Of a stretch of 64,000 nucleotides of DNA, positions 36,701 through 47,420 are shown in pieces (position 1 is the stretch's first letter; every line of letters starts with the position of its first letter). This DNA is from Burkholderiales bacterium (lineage in GTDB: Bacteria > Pseudomonadota > Gammaproteobacteria > Burkholderiales > Burkholderiaceae_A). Location of the stretch: NCBI GenBank assembly GCA_027486725.1, contig JAIXOP010000015.1:215950-279949 (forward strand). The letters are read 5' to 3'. The notes beneath the pieces are model-generated. The model saw nothing but the letters and a program-made list of their open reading frames with translations. It did not search any database and was not told the origin of the DNA. The position numbers and the translations under genes were made by a program.

Positions 36701-36816
36701 TGGGGATACTCGCGCAGCGGGAGCTTCTGGAGGCTGACCAGCCCCACCAGCACCAGCAGCAATGAAAGGACTGTCGCAAAGACAGGCCGGCGAATGCAGA
36801 CCTCCGAGAGGGTCAC
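33721..36816 (-). CDS. RND efflux permease (AcrB family, MexW/MexI-like)
   Basis: IRRPVFATV, REYP, GVVVDDAIVVLEN, LTLSPMM, TKNGILIVEFAN, RFRPILMT. Confidence 0.95.
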   Translation of the reverse strand: MTLSEVCIRRPVFATVLSLLLVLVGLVSLQKLPLREYPQIDEPVVTVTTSYRGAAAEIIESQVTKPIEDSVAGIEGIELLTSVSRAGESQVTVKFALSRDPDSAASDVRDRVARVRGQLPEDVDESRVAKVEADASPIIWLAFNTNQLSMMELSDLANRVVKPRLQILPGAADVRIFGERRFAMRIWLDPLALSARGLTVLDVESALRRQNVEVPAGTIETPGREFSVTAQTDLQTPEQFGQVVLRAPSGSAALVRLSDVARIEIAPEDEKRVARFKGRTTVVLGVIKQATANPLTLSEAVRAELPNILRDLPEGVNLDVANDYSVFIARSIDSVVSSIVEATLLVGLVVFIFLKSVRAALIPIVTIPISLIASCAFLYALGFSINTLTLLAMVLAIGVVVDDAIVVLENISRHIEEGMKPVAASIQGMREISFAVVAMTLTLAAVFVPIAFSAGRTGRLFTEFALTLAGAVMVSGFVALTLSPMMCAVLLRGRRTNDAEGEGFAPPQPRWAVAFDRGLDAVSRTYRRFLERVLDRRLLIGVVGLAVAAATVGLYQIIKKELTPVEDRGFLISIITAPQGSSIDYTARYALELEDIYQGVAEADSYFVIAGAPTVDRGISFFRPVPWEQRDRNIQSIARELQPQVVSIPGVNAFVVTPPSLGQNVRSRPIEVVLLSSASLEVLADASETLRKKLAGNAMLTGVESDLQITKPEVRIEIDRERAAELGVEVEAIGRTLESMLGGRQVTRFKKGNDQYDVLVQLEASQRARPDDIPALNVAGRNGQLVPLSSLVKVSESVAPRELNHFLQRRAVTITANLQPGVALGEALEEIFRVADETLPEDFQIDTNGQTREFLQSQDAIGFVFLLALLFIFLVLAAQFESFITPVVILVTVPLALAGALLTVWLTGGTINLYSQIGLVALIGLITKNGILIVEFANQLREEGLSIREATLKATELRFRPILMTVISTVVGALPLALSTGAGAETRNEIGWVIVGGMSFGTLLTLIVLPTVYASVATWLQSSSLTPKPQA

Positions 36817-38009
36817 GGCTTGGCCTCCGAAGGTCTGACCTCCGAGGGTCTGGTGTCTGAAGGTCTGCTCTCCGAGGCAGGGCCCTTGGGTGCGCTGGCG
36901 CGCACCGCAACGGCCTGCCCTGGAGCACGGATCTTGAGCTGCCCTGCGGTCACAATCTCATCGCCCTCGGCAAGGCCGGAGACAATCTCCACGGTCTTCT
37001 GACTGCGCACGCCCAACCCCACCGACACCTTCTCGACCTTGCCATCGGTCACACGCCAGACAAAAAACCCATTGCGCTCGCCCACCAGGGCCTCCTCGGA
37101 GACCACCAGCGCATCTGGCCGACTCACCAAGGTCAGGCGGGCGCGGGCGAAGAGCCCGCTCTTGAGGCTTCCCTCGCGGTTGTCGACCTCACTGCGCAGT
37201 GCCAGAAAGCGGCCCTCAGCGTCGATTCGGCTGTTGATGGCAGAGACTCGGGTGGTGCGGGGGCTGGCCTCACCAGCCACCTCAATGCCCACATCCTGAC
37301 CCTCGCGGATCATCCCCAGATAGCGCTCCGGCACCCGGAAGTCGAAGTAGAGGCGGTCGTTGTTGTCGATGGTGGCGATGACATCGCCCTCGCGCACATA
37401 AGCTCCCACACTGAGGCTGCTGATGCCCACCCGGCCAGCGAAGGGTGCCACCACCCGGCTGCGGGCGAGGCGAGCCTCGGCAGCGCGGGCCTTGGCGCGG
37501 GCTACAGCGGCATTGGCCGCTGCCTGCTCCAGAGCCCCCTGGCTGATGAACTGCTGCGCGAAGAGGTTCTGCGCACGGCGGTAATTCGCCTCCGCCAGAT
37601 CGCGCTCGGCGCGGGCCTGCTGGGTTTCGGCCTGCAGAAGTTCGTTGTCGAGTTCGGCCAGCACCTGACCCGCCTTGACGGCCTGACCGTCGTCGAGGGG
37701 CAGGCGCTGAATGCGGCCGGCCATCTCTGCCCGAAGGGCCACGGAGTTCACCGCGCGGAACTCGCCCGTGATGACCAGCTCATCGCGAATCGACTCGCGC
37801 GCCACCGTCTGCGTCTCCACCATGGTCTTGCCCCCCGGGCCTTTGCCTGTGGCGCCGCCCGCTGCGGATCCGCCTGGGGCACCGCCCGTTGCGCCGATGC
37901 CGCCGAACTGAGCCAGTGCAACCGCCCCAGCAACCACCACCAGCACTGCGACCGCGATGGCCCGAAGGCGGTGGCGGCGCAGGGTCATCCACAAGTCATT
38001 CCACTGCAC
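36813..38009 (-). CDS. RND periplasmic adaptor (membrane fusion protein)
   Basis: N-terminal TM, GRIQRL...[13 protein letters not shown], hairpin, [25 protein letters not shown]. Start uncertain. Confidence 0.92.
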   Translation of the reverse strand: MQWNDLWMTLRRHRLRAIAVAVLVVVAGAVALAQFGGIGATGGAPGGSAAGGATGKGPGGKTMVETQTVARESIRDELVITGEFRAVNSVALRAEMAGRIQRLPLDDGQAVKAGQVLAELDNELLQAETQQARAERDLAEANYRRAQNLFAQQFISQGALEQAAANAAVARAKARAAEARLARSRVVAPFAGRVGISSLSVGAYVREGDVIATIDNNDRLYFDFRVPERYLGMIREGQDVGIEVAGEASPRTTRVSAINSRIDAEGRFLALRSEVDNREGSLKSGLFARARLTLVSRPDALVVSEEALVGERNGFFVWRVTDGKVEKVSVGLGVRSQKTVEIVSGLAEGDEIVTAGQLKIRAPGQAVAVRASAPKGPASESRPSDTRPSEVRPSEAKP

Positions 38010-38451
38010 GCGAGACTCCTAGGTTCGCAAGCCGATCGGCCCGCTCGTTGTCGGGGTGGCCGGAGTGGCCGCGGACCCACTCCCATTGGAGAGTGTGGGG
38101 CGCCATGGCCTGCTCCAGGGCCTGCCATAGGTCTTGATTGGCAACAGGTCCGCCGGCGGCCGTGCGCCATCCCCGGCGCTTCCAGTTCGCCATCCAGGAC
38201 TCCACCCCGTTTTTCACATACTGGGAGTCGGTGACAATTCGGACCCGGCATGGCTTTTTCAGCACACTGAGTCCCTCGATCACGGCCCGAAGTTCCATTC
38301 GGTTGTTGGTGGTGGGGGTCTCCCCCCCGAAGAGCTCGCGCTCCTTGTCGCCCGACCTCAGCAGTGCACCCCAGCCTCCAGGGCCGGGGTTGCCCTTGCA
38401 GGCGCCATCGGTGATGAGGGTGACGTCGGGCTGGAGGTCGGAATTGGGCAC
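37996..38451 (-). CDS. rnhA: Ribonuclease HI
   Basis: [47 protein letters not shown]. Confidence 0.96.
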   Translation of the reverse strand: MPNSDLQPDVTLITDGACKGNPGPGGWGALLRSGDKERELFGGETPTTNNRMELRAVIEGLSVLKKPCRVRIVTDSQYVKNGVESWMANWKRRGWRTAAGGPVANQDLWQALEQAMAPHTLQWEWVRGHSGHPDNERADRLANLGVSRAVE

Positions 38452-39257
38452 GGTTGCCTTGCAGAGGATGTGGGTTGGGCCATGGAGACCGGCGCAGCTG
38501 CGGCGGCGGGCTTATTAGACATCACCTGGCGCGACTTCCAGGCCGGGGCAATCAGCCGGGGGCCTGCTGCACGGCGTTCGGCGCGCAGCAGATAAAGGCC
38601 AGCGCACTGGGGCAGCCAACGCGCGCCCGCCTGGTCGAGCCAAGCCAGGCGCTGGAGCCCTCGGGCCGAGGACAACGGCGGACGGAAAAAACCCGCCTCG
38701 CCCGCCATGGGTGCAAGGTCGAGCAAGTCCATCCAATCCCGCATGCGCGATGGGCCCAGCCACTGCCCCATCCAGGGAGCCGCCATGGGGGCACTGGTGG
38801 GCTGGCAGAGCGCCCATGCACTGGCGGGGTTGAAGCCGACCACCACCAGACTGCCGCCGGGGGCCAGCACCCGGGCCGCCTCCCTCAGCAGCGCGTGGGG
38901 GTCACCGACCACCTCGTGGGCGTGGGCCAGCACGATCAGGTCCAGGCTCTGGTCGTCGAGGGGCCAGTGCTCGGGGTTGAGCGCAAAGGTCTCGCGGTCG
39001 GCATGAAGCAGCTTGAGGCCCGAGTGCGCCAAGCCGGGCATCGGCATCGCCCTCAGGCGATGGGATACTCGGTTGTTCGCCAAGGCATCGAGCCCCGGCG
39101 GAGTGATCTGCAGGGCCACCTGGCCGAAGCAGGAGTCCAGGTGCCGATCCATCCAGTCCCGCTCGAGCGCCAGAAGCAGCTGTCCGGCGGGGGAGGCGAG
39201 CCAGCGTGTCCAATGCGCAAAGGGGTTTATCGAATGCTGATCGACTGTCATCACCAT
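38358..39257 (-). CDS. SAM-dependent methyltransferase (YafS-like)
   Basis: [46 protein letters not shown]; sits between gloB and rnhA as usual. Start is 39257 or 39251; 3' end overlaps rnhA. Confidence 0.8.
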   Translation of the reverse strand: MVMTVDQHSINPFAHWTRWLASPAGQLLLALERDWMDRHLDSCFGQVALQITPPGLDALANNRVSHRLRAMPMPGLAHSGLKLLHADRETFALNPEHWPLDDQSLDLIVLAHAHEVVGDPHALLREAARVLAPGGSLVVVGFNPASAWALCQPTSAPMAAPWMGQWLGPSRMRDWMDLLDLAPMAGEAGFFRPPLSSARGLQRLAWLDQAGARWLPQCAGLYLLRAERRAAGPRLIAPAWKSRQVMSNKPAAAAAPVSMAQPTSSARQPCPIPTSSPTSPSSPMAPARATPALEAGVHC

Positions 39258-39296
39258 CCTGAAACGGGGGAGGAGGCTGCGGCCTCGGGGCTCCGT

Positions 39297-40037
39297 GTGC
39301 GCGGAATCCCAGCCTTTTCCGACAATATCATCTGGCTGCTGGACCGGCCTTCGGTGCCCCCCCGAGATGGGGGCGATTCGCGTCGGCCCGCCTGGGCCGT
39401 CGACCCGGGCGATGCTGCCCCGGTGATGGAGGCCCTCGATGAGCTCGAGCTCACCTTGGAAGGAGTCTTGATCACGCACCACCACGGCGATCATGTCGGG
39501 GGTCTGGCCACCCTGCAGCGCACATTTCCGTCCATGGTGGTCTGGGGCCCCGAGCGCTGTGTGGCCGATGGGGTTCAATGCATTGCCCAACCCGGAGGAT
39601 CGCTGACGCTGCTGGACACGCCCGTGGAGGTTCTGGCCCTGCCGGGTCACACCGCCGAGCATCTCGGCTACCTCCTGAGGGGCCCAGACCCCTGGCTGTT
39701 CCCTGGCGACACCCTGTTTGCCGCCGGATGCGGTCGGGTTCTCGGGGGCAGCCTCGAGACACTCTGGGCATCGCTGCAGACGCTGGGCGCACTGCCGCCC
39801 TCGACGCGCATTTTTTGCGCACACGAATACACCGAGGCCAACCTGCGCTTTGCCCAGGCCGCAGAGCCCAACAACCCGGAGATCCTCGCCCGGGCCCATC
39901 GGGTCGCAGCCCTGCGCGCAGAGGGCCGATGCAGCCTGCCCTCGACGATTGCCGACGAGTGGCGCACCAACCCCTTCCTGCGGGCCCCAAGCCTGGAGGA
40001 GTTTGTTCGACGGCGCCAGTGGAAAGACGGGTTCTGA
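39297..40037 (+). CDS. gloB: Hydroxyacylglutathione hydrolase (glyoxalase II)
   Basis: IPAFSDNIIW, VDPGDA, THHHGDHVGG, PGHT, GDTLFAAGCGR, CAHEYT, TNPFLR. Start is GTG 39297 or ATG 39234. Confidence 0.92.
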   Translation: MRGIPAFSDNIIWLLDRPSVPPRDGGDSRRPAWAVDPGDAAPVMEALDELELTLEGVLITHHHGDHVGGLATLQRTFPSMVVWGPERCVADGVQCIAQPGGSLTLLDTPVEVLALPGHTAEHLGYLLRGPDPWLFPGDTLFAAGCGRVLGGSLETLWASLQTLGALPPSTRIFCAHEYTEANLRFAQAAEPNNPEILARAHRVAALRAEGRCSLPSTIADEWRTNPFLRAPSLEEFVRRRQWKDGF

Positions 40038-40113
40038 AGGGCAGCGCCGGAAATCCTGCGCTGCAGCACCACGGCGATGCCGCGCCCAGACCACGGCCTT
40101 GTAAACTCCGCCG

Positions 40114-41547
40114 ATGACTCTCTACCCCATCGGCAGGTATCTGATGCCCACCGCAGTGCTGGCGCTCTCGGCCTGCGCCCAGCTCCCCGACGCAGCGACG
40201 TCCACCGCCGGCGATGCCCCGGCGGGCGTCTCCAGCACTGCGCCGCGCGCAGGCAGCACCACCACGGCGGCCAAGGCAGCCCTGCCGCGCGACGCGGCTG
40301 CGGCCGACCTCATGCCCCGCATCCAGCGCGGCTTTGCCATGCCCGAGCTGCCCTCGCGCCTCACCCAGGCCTACGAGGCCCGCTTTGCCCGCAACCCGGA
40401 GTACCTCCAGCGGGTGCTGCAGCGCGGGGCCCCCTACCTTCACCACATCGTGGTCGCACTCGAAGCCCGCGGAATGCCCACCGAGCTCGCACTGCTGCCC
40501 ATCGTGGAGAGCGCATTCAATCCCGGCGCCACATCTCACGCCAAAGCCGCAGGCCTCTGGCAGTTCATTCCATCCACCGGCCGCAACTACGACCTGGATC
40601 AAAACTGGTGGGTGGACGAGCGGCGCGACGTCTTCGCCTCGACCGAGGCAGCCCTCGCCTACCTGCAGAAAATCTACGCCCTCCAGGGCAACGACTGGTT
40701 CCTGGCCCTGGCGTCGTATAACTGGGGCGAGGGTGCGGTGCTGAAGGCGGTGCGCAAGGCCAAGGCCGCCGGGAAGTCGGGCGACTACGCAAGCCTGCGC
40801 ATGCCGAAAGAGACCCGCAACTACGTCCCCCAGCTCATCGCCCTGCGCAACATCGTTCGCAACCCCCAGGCGTACGGCGTGACCTTGCCCTTCATTGCCG
40901 ACACCCCCAGTCTGGGCGTGGTCGACAAGTCGGTCTCGATCGATTTGGATCTCGCCGCTGAGTTTGCGGGCATGGAGCTCGATGACTTCAGGCGGCTCAA
41001 TCCCCACCTGACCCGGCCAGTCCTCTCGGTGAGCAGCAGCAACCGGATTGTTCTGCCGATCGACCGCATCCCGCTCTATGAGGCCTCGCTCAAGGACTAC
41101 CAGCAGCAGGGGCTGCCCCTGGTGAGTTGGGCTCCCGTCACCCTCAAGAAGGGCGACACCCTCGCCTCGATTGCCCGAGCAGCGGAGATCGACCCCGAAG
41201 AGCTGGCGCGCGCCAATGGCCTGCGCAACGCCAAAACCAGCCTGCTCCCCGGCTCGACACTGCTGGCGCCTATGCAGCCCGAGGAGCTGCAGCGCGCCAG
41301 CCACCAGTTCATGCAGGCAGGGCTTGCCTCATTCGCGGGAGCCCGCCTCCTCACCACCGATGGACCCAGCGGCGCGGGTCGGCTCGTCCACGTCGTCCGC
41401 AAGGGCGATACCCTCTCCACCATCGCCCGCCGCCACAAGACCTCCGTCGTCCAGATCCAGAAGCTCAATCCGCGCATCGGCCGCGTCCTTCGCCCCGGTC
41501 AGCGCATCATCGTTCGCACCGGCAGCAGCAGCATCGCGGCGAACTAG
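40114..41547 (+). CDS. mltD: Membrane-bound lytic murein transglycosylase D (SLT + LysM), lipoprotein
   Basis: Lipobox LSAC, LPIVESAFNP, AAGLWQF, ASYNWGEG, ETRNYVP, two LysM repeats (KKGDTLASIA, RKGDTLSTIA). Confidence 0.92.
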   Translation: MTLYPIGRYLMPTAVLALSACAQLPDAATSTAGDAPAGVSSTAPRAGSTTTAAKAALPRDAAAADLMPRIQRGFAMPELPSRLTQAYEARFARNPEYLQRVLQRGAPYLHHIVVALEARGMPTELALLPIVESAFNPGATSHAKAAGLWQFIPSTGRNYDLDQNWWVDERRDVFASTEAALAYLQKIYALQGNDWFLALASYNWGEGAVLKAVRKAKAAGKSGDYASLRMPKETRNYVPQLIALRNIVRNPQAYGVTLPFIADTPSLGVVDKSVSIDLDLAAEFAGMELDDFRRLNPHLTRPVLSVSSSNRIVLPIDRIPLYEASLKDYQQQGLPLVSWAPVTLKKGDTLASIARAAEIDPEELARANGLRNAKTSLLPGSTLLAPMQPEELQRASHQFMQAGLASFAGARLLTTDGPSGAGRLVHVVRKGDTLSTIARRHKTSVVQIQKLNPRIGRVLRPGQRIIVRTGSSSIAAN

Positions 41548-42837
41548 AACCGCGCCATAAAACGCGTCGGTGCCAGTGCGGTGCGTCCAGAGCCGAAGGT
41601 CCTCGTTGGGCCCTGGGGTGAAGGCGTTCCAGGCCTCAGGCAGTCGCAGGCCCTGGGATTCCAGAATGTCCCGCGCTGATAGGCGCTCCAGGCCTGGGTT
41701 TCGGGCAAGCAGCGCCTCCACCTGGCCCTCGTTTTCTTCCCGGCGCGTGGAGCAGGTCGCATAGACCAGCCGTCCGCCGGGGGCAAGCAGTCGCACCGCT
41801 GCATCGAGAATCTGCGCCTGCAGCGCCAAGACCGAGGCCAGACCCTCGGGCTTCTGGCGCCACTTCAAGTCGGGATTGCGCCGCAGGGTTCCCAGCCCGG
41901 TGCAGGGGGCATCGACCAGCACGATGTGGGCCTTGCCCCGCAGCCGCTTGAGCCGGTCGTCGGCCAGGCCCGTGATGGCGATGGGCCAGACATTCGACAG
42001 GCCACTGCGGGCTAGGCGTGGCTTGAGCCGGGCCAGGCGCGGTGCCGAACGATCCAGGGCATAGAGCCGCCCCGAGTTGCGCATCAAGGCGCCGAGGGCC
42101 AGTGTCTTGCCGCCCGCGCCCGCGCAGAAGTCCACCACGAAGGCGCCCCGCTTGGGACTGGCCAGGCGGGCCAGCAGCTGGCTGCCAAGGTCTTGAACCT
42201 CAAAGGCGCCCAGCACAAAGGCCGGATGGCGGGACAGGCTGGGCTTGCCCTCCACGCGCAAGGCTTCCGGAAGTTCGGGCAGCGCCTTGGCGCGGATGCC
42301 TGCCTCGCGCAGGTCGGCGATCAGCTCCTCACGGCCCGCCTTCAGGATGTTGACGCGCAGATCGAGGCTGGCCGGCTGCATGGTGGCGTCGGCCATGGCC
42401 CTAGCCTCTCGGTCGCCGAGCTGCGCAACCCAGTCCTCATAGATCCACTCGGGCAGGCTCTGACGCTGGGGCGATGGCAGCCCCGCCAAGGTGGCGAGTT
42501 GGCCGGTGAGCCAGGCCCGCTCGCCCTCGGAGAGCTCGGAGGTCATGCGGTCGTATCCCATGCCCAGGGCCGCAGCCATGTATGCACGGCGGCGGGTGTA
42601 CGAGGGCTGACCCCGCTGGAAGCCCGAATCGCTCAGCAGTCGCTCCACCGAGGAGAGGTTCCGCAGGTAGGCGTAAACCGACTCGGCGAGAAAGTGGCGG
42701 TCTCGCGCCCCCAGCCGCTTGTTGCTGCGAAAGGCCTGCGAGAGCGCCTGATCGGCCGGCTGGGTCAGGCCCTCGACAACAGCCAGCAGCCCTGCCAGCT
42801 GGTCGAATCGATCTTGCGGTGCGGTGGGTTTTTTCAT
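41329..42837 (-). CDS. rsmB: RsmB/NOP-family RNA m5C methyltransferase
   Basis: FEVQDLGSQ, VVDFCAGAGGKT, VDAPCTGLG.LRRNPD, VYATCS..EENE, TDAFY. The tail runs antisense into mltD. Confidence 0.88.
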   Translation of the reverse strand: MKKPTAPQDRFDQLAGLLAVVEGLTQPADQALSQAFRSNKRLGARDRHFLAESVYAYLRNLSSVERLLSDSGFQRGQPSYTRRRAYMAAALGMGYDRMTSELSEGERAWLTGQLATLAGLPSPQRQSLPEWIYEDWVAQLGDREARAMADATMQPASLDLRVNILKAGREELIADLREAGIRAKALPELPEALRVEGKPSLSRHPAFVLGAFEVQDLGSQLLARLASPKRGAFVVDFCAGAGGKTLALGALMRNSGRLYALDRSAPRLARLKPRLARSGLSNVWPIAITGLADDRLKRLRGKAHIVLVDAPCTGLGTLRRNPDLKWRQKPEGLASVLALQAQILDAAVRLLAPGGRLVYATCSTRREENEGQVEALLARNPGLERLSARDILESQGLRLPEAWNAFTPGPNEDLRLWTHRTGTDAFYGAVLVRRDAAAAGANDDALTGAKDAADARIELLDLDDGGLVAAGDGGEGIALADDVDEPTRAAGSIGGEEAGSRE

Positions 42838-43538
42838 GGGGCATCAAGGCCTAGGTCGGATGCGGTGAGCCGCGCGGAAAAACCCACCGACTCAAAGCCA
42901 GGGTGGGGAGGGAAACTCTGCCAAGCGCCATCGACCAGCCGCTGTCGGCCCGCGAGGACCGCCATCACCGATTGAACATAAAGCGGATGCTCAACCGCCA
43001 AGACCCTCTGAGAAAGGGTCTCGGGCGTGTCTTGGGGCAAGACCGGCACCTCGGCCTGCGCCAGCACCGGTCCCTCATCGAGGCCCGGGGTCACCGCATG
43101 CACCGAAGCGCCATGCAGCCGGGCGCCATCGGCAATGGCCCGGGCATGGGTGTTGAGTCCCCGGTAGGCAGGAAGAAGCGAGGGATGGATATTGATCAGC
43201 CGGCCGGCGAACTCAGTGACAAAACCCGGCGTCAGAATGCGCATGAATCCGGCCAGCGCGATGAGTGTGGGGGCCTGGGCGCGCAGCGCCGCTGCCAGGG
43301 CGGCATCGAAATCCTCTCGGCAGGAAAAGCTGGCTGCATCGATCGTCTGGGTGGGCAGACCCAGGGCCCGGGCATGGGCGAGCCCCTCGGCCTCGGGCCG
43401 GCTGGAAATCACACCCGAAATCTCGATGGGAAGGCCCGACGCGAGCACCGCCTCGGCAATCGCCCGCATATTGCTTCCCCGACCCGAGATGAGCAGAGCC
43501 AGGCGCGGTCGCTGGCGGGGGTCGGTGAGCTGCGGCAT
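42834..43538 (-). CDS. purN: Phosphoribosylglycinamide formyltransferase
   Basis: LISGRGSNM, LAGFMRIL, NIHPSLLP, HGASVH, LDEGP. Confidence 0.95.
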   Translation of the reverse strand: MPQLTDPRQRPRLALLISGRGSNMRAIAEAVLASGLPIEISGVISSRPEAEGLAHARALGLPTQTIDAASFSCREDFDAALAAALRAQAPTLIALAGFMRILTPGFVTEFAGRLINIHPSLLPAYRGLNTHARAIADGARLHGASVHAVTPGLDEGPVLAQAEVPVLPQDTPETLSQRVLAVEHPLYVQSVMAVLAGRQRLVDGAWQSFPPHPGFESVGFSARLTASDLGLDAP

Positions 43539-43583
43539 GGGCGGGATTGTAAGGCCCAGGGCCTTTTATACTGGAGGCCCACC

Positions 43584-44522
43584 ATGCGACTCTTTCGCGG
43601 CCTGCCCGCCTCCCACCGTCCCGTCCAGCGAGCCGTTGCCATCGGCAGTTTCGATGGCCTGCACCGCGGGCACCAGGCCCTGCTTCGGGCGGTGATGGCC
43701 GATGCGCAGGCGCACGGGCTGACCTCAGGCCTGGTGAGCTTTCATCCGCACCCCCGGGCCGTGTTTCGGCCCGACCAGCCACCGGGCCGCATCCTTCCCC
43801 GGCGAGACCAGCTCGTGGCGCTGCGGGCACTGGGCCTCGATGAGGTTCACCTGCTGCCCTTCAACCAGCGCCTGGCCCAAATGAGTGCCGAGGACTTTGT
43901 CACACGCATCTTGGTCGAGGGCCTCTCGATCGCCTCGGTCTGGGTGGGCGACGACTTTCGCTTCGGGGCCAAGCGCGGTGGCGATGTTGCGCTGCTTGCG
44001 CGCATGGGCGAGGCCCTGGGCTTTCGAACCCAGACCCTGCCCACCGTCGTCGAAGGCGGAGAGCGGGTGAGCAGCACCCGCCTGCGCGAGGCCCTGCGCA
44101 ACGGCCACATGGACGAGGTCCGGCGACTGCTGGGGCGGCCTTACCAGCTCTCCGGCCACGTGGCGCACGGGGCCAAGATCGGCCGAACCCTGGGCATTCC
44201 CACCCTCAATATCCGCATGCCCGAGGACCTGCAGGCCAGTGGCATCTACGCCGTGCGGGTGCATGGGCTGGGTCCCGAGCCCATCGATGGCGTGGCCAGC
44301 CTCGGCCGTCGGCCGGTGGTCGAGAATCAGGGCCGCCTGCTGCTCGAGGTCCACCTCTTTGACTGGTCGGGCGACGCCTATGGCCGGGCAGTCTCGGTGG
44401 ACCTGCTCGCCTTTCTGCGGCCCGAACTGCCCTACACCCAGCTCGATGACATGATGGTGCAGGTCCGCCAAGACATCGCCGATGCCCGCTCGACCCTGAA
44501 CGCCCTAAAGACTCCCGCCTGA
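43584..44522 (+). CDS. ribF: Bifunctional riboflavin kinase/FAD synthetase
   Basis: IGSFDGLHRGHQ, VGDDFRFG, VSSTRLR, GRTLGIPTLN, LEVHLFD. Confidence 0.95.
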   Translation: MRLFRGLPASHRPVQRAVAIGSFDGLHRGHQALLRAVMADAQAHGLTSGLVSFHPHPRAVFRPDQPPGRILPRRDQLVALRALGLDEVHLLPFNQRLAQMSAEDFVTRILVEGLSIASVWVGDDFRFGAKRGGDVALLARMGEALGFRTQTLPTVVEGGERVSSTRLREALRNGHMDEVRRLLGRPYQLSGHVAHGAKIGRTLGIPTLNIRMPEDLQASGIYAVRVHGLGPEPIDGVASLGRRPVVENQGRLLLEVHLFDWSGDAYGRAVSVDLLAFLRPELPYTQLDDMMVQVRQDIADARSTLNALKTPA

Positions 44523-44543
44523 AGACCCCTGCCAGATAAGCCC

Positions 44544-47420
44544 ATGAGCCAAGCCGGAAGCACTCCGTCGTATCCCGTCAATCTGCCCAAAACCGCATTC
44601 CCCATGCGGGGCGATCTGGCCAAGCGCGAGCCGCGTTGGGTCGCCCAATGGCAAGAGCTGGGCTACTACCAGCGCATCCGGGCAGCCACCGCAGGGCGTC
44701 CTCTGTTTGTGCTGCACGATGGCCCGCCCTACGCCAATGGCCGCATCCACATCGGCCACGCGGTCAACAAGGTGCTCAAGGACATCATCATCAAGAGCAA
44801 GACCCTGGCGGGCTTTGATGCCCGCTACGTGCCGGGCTGGGACTGCCATGGCATGCCCATCGAGATTCAGATCGAGAAGGCCCACGGGCGCGGCCTGCCG
44901 ACCGAGCTCGTGCAGCAGAAATCGCGCGCCTACGCCACCGAACAGATCGCCGGCCAGAAGGCCGACTTCATACGGCTGGGGGTCTTGGGCGACTGGGAGC
45001 GGCCCTACCTCACCATGGACTTCCGCAACGAGGCCGAAGAAATTCGGGCGCTGGCAGCGATGGTGGACCGGGGCTTTGTGTTTCGCGGCCTCAAGCCTGT
45101 GAACTGGTGCTTCGACTGTGGCTCTGCCCTGGCCGAGGCCGAGGTCGAGTACCAAGACAAAGACGATGTGGCCATCGAGGTCGCCTTTGGCATGCCGCCC
45201 GAGGCCGAGGGCGCTGCAGCCCTGGCCAAGGCATTTGGCGTCGCGCTGCCCAAGGGGCCTGGTGCCGCAGTGATCTACACCACCACCCCCTGGACCATCC
45301 CGGCCAACCAGGCCCTGCATGTTCACCCCGAGGCACCCATGGCCCTCGTGGCCATCGCCCCCGGCGAAACCGCCTGCCCCTGGGCATGGCTTCTGATTGG
45401 CGAAGCGCGGGTGGCGGAGTGCCTGAAGGCCTGGGGCCTGACCGAGCAGGGCCGCGTGCTGGCCACTGTTCCTGGCGCGGCCCTCCAGGGCATCGATTTC
45501 GCGCACCCCATGTCGTCGCTGCATGCGAACTTCGCACGGCCCTCGCCCATCGTCGCTGCGGGCTATGTGAGCGACGCATCGGGCACCGGTGTGGTCCACG
45601 CTGCCCCCGCCCATGGGGTGGAAGACTTCGAGGCTCAGCGCGATGCTGGACAAAAGAGCAGCGACATCCTGCAGCTGGTGATGGGCGATGGCCGCTATGT
45701 GAGCAGCCTGCCCATCTGGGGTGGCGAAAAGATCTGGGATGCCTCGCCCAAGATCGTTGCAGCACTCAAAGGCGCGGGAAGCCTCCTGCGGCGCATGACC
45801 ATCCGGCACAGCACCATGCACTGCTGGCGGCACAAGTCCCCGCTCATCTACCGCGCCACCAGCCAGTGGTTCGCCGGCATGGATGTGGTGCCGGCCGGCG
45901 GTGGGGCCACCCTGCGCGAGCGCGCGTTGGCGGGCATTGAGCAGACCACCTTCCATCCCGCCTGGGGCAAGGCACGGCTTTCGGCCATGATCGCCAACCG
46001 CCCCGACTGGACCCTCTCGCGCCAGCGTCAGTGGGGCGTGCCCATGGCCTTTCTGGTGCACAAAGAGACCGGGGCCTTGCACCCGCGCACCAGCGAGCTG
46101 CTCGAGGCCGTGGCGCAGGTGATTGAGCGCGAGGGCATCGAGGCATGGCAGCGGCTGCGGGTGGAAGATCTTCTGCCCGCCGACGAGGCCAGCGATTACG
46201 AAAAGAACGCCGACACCCTCGACGTGTGGTTTGACTCGGGCACCACCCACGCCACAGTGCTGCGCGGTTCGCACCGAGACGACCTGACCTTCCCCGCCGA
46301 CCTCTACCTCGAGGGCAGCGACCAGCACCGCGGCTGGTTTCATTCCTCGCTGCTCACCGCCTGCATGCTGGATGGAGTCCCGCCCTACAGGGCCCTGCTG
46401 ACCCACGGCTTCGTGGTGGACGGGCAGGGACGCAAGATGTCGAAGTCGCTGGGCAATGTGATTGCCCCGCAGGAGGTCTCCGACCAGTATGGGGCCGACA
46501 TCCTGCGCCTCTGGGTCGCCAGCACCGACTACTCGGGCGAACTGTCGATCTCGGAGACCATCCTGAAGCGGGTGGTGGAGAGCTATCGTCGCATTCGAAA
46601 CACCCTGACCTTCCTTCTGGGCAATCTCTCGGACTTCACCGAGGCCGACGCGGTCCCCACCGAGTCGCTGGTGGATCTCGATGCGGCCATGCTCGAGCTC
46701 TGCGCCCAGATGCAAGACGAGGTGCTTCAGGCCTACAGCCACTACCAATTTCACCTGGCAGCCAGCCGGCTGGTGGCCTTCTGCTCGGAGGATCTGGGCT
46801 CCTTCTATCTCGACATCCTCAAGGACAGGCTCTACACCACCGCGCCCCAGAGCCCGGCACGCCGATCGGCGCAGACTGCCCTGCACCACATCACCGAGAG
46901 CCTGCTGCGGCTGCTCTCGCCCATCCTCTCCTTCACCGCCCAGGAGGCCCACGAGGTGCTCCACCGCACCCAGGAGCCCATCTTTGCCGAACTGGCCTGG
47001 GGGGGTCTCGTTCGGGATGCCCAGCGCTGGAATCGTTGGCAGACCATTCGGTCGGTGCGGGCCGAGGTCTTGAGGGAGATCGAGCGGCTGCGCGAGTCCG
47101 CGGGGCTGGGCAGCTCTCTGCAGGCCAGCGTGCGCATCACCACCCACGGCGATGTTCATGCCGCTCTCGCGAGCCTGGGCGATGAGCTGCGCTTTGTGCT
47201 CATTGCCTCGGCCGCAGAGCTGGTCGAAGGCAGACCCTCGGCCGGCATCGAGATCGCCGGGCACCGGGTGCGGATCGAGGTCTCGAAGCTCGACCTGCCC
47301 AAGTGCGCCCGCTGTTGGCACCTGCGCGACGATGTTGGCGCCACGGCAGAGCATCCCGAGCTCTGCGGCCGCTGTGTGGACAACCTCTTTGGCGCTGGAG
47401 AAGACCGCCATGCTGCCTAG
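44544..47420 (+). CDS. ileS: Isoleucine--tRNA ligase (type 1)
   Basis: [46 protein letters not shown]-terminal CARCW...CGRC zinc finger. Confidence 0.97.
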   Translation: MSQAGSTPSYPVNLPKTAFPMRGDLAKREPRWVAQWQELGYYQRIRAATAGRPLFVLHDGPPYANGRIHIGHAVNKVLKDIIIKSKTLAGFDARYVPGWDCHGMPIEIQIEKAHGRGLPTELVQQKSRAYATEQIAGQKADFIRLGVLGDWERPYLTMDFRNEAEEIRALAAMVDRGFVFRGLKPVNWCFDCGSALAEAEVEYQDKDDVAIEVAFGMPPEAEGAAALAKAFGVALPKGPGAAVIYTTTPWTIPANQALHVHPEAPMALVAIAPGETACPWAWLLIGEARVAECLKAWGLTEQGRVLATVPGAALQGIDFAHPMSSLHANFARPSPIVAAGYVSDASGTGVVHAAPAHGVEDFEAQRDAGQKSSDILQLVMGDGRYVSSLPIWGGEKIWDASPKIVAALKGAGSLLRRMTIRHSTMHCWRHKSPLIYRATSQWFAGMDVVPAGGGATLRERALAGIEQTTFHPAWGKARLSAMIANRPDWTLSRQRQWGVPMAFLVHKETGALHPRTSELLEAVAQVIEREGIEAWQRLRVEDLLPADEASDYEKNADTLDVWFDSGTTHATVLRGSHRDDLTFPADLYLEGSDQHRGWFHSSLLTACMLDGVPPYRALLTHGFVVDGQGRKMSKSLGNVIAPQEVSDQYGADILRLWVASTDYSGELSISETILKRVVESYRRIRNTLTFLLGNLSDFTEADAVPTESLVDLDAAMLELCAQMQDEVLQAYSHYQFHLAASRLVAFCSEDLGSFYLDILKDRLYTTAPQSPARRSAQTALHHITESLLRLLSPILSFTAQEAHEVLHRTQEPIFAELAWGGLVRDAQRWNRWQTIRSVRAEVLREIERLRESAGLGSSLQASVRITTHGDVHAALASLGDELRFVLIASAAELVEGRPSAGIEIAGHRVRIEVSKLDLPKCARCWHLRDDVGATAEHPELCGRCVDNLFGAGEDRHAA

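Noticed and set aside
39234-39297. Head-to-head coding overlap of gloB and the methyltransferase
   Set aside because: It depends on choosing ATG 39234; the in-frame GTG 39297 fits typical GloB N-termini and removes the overlap.
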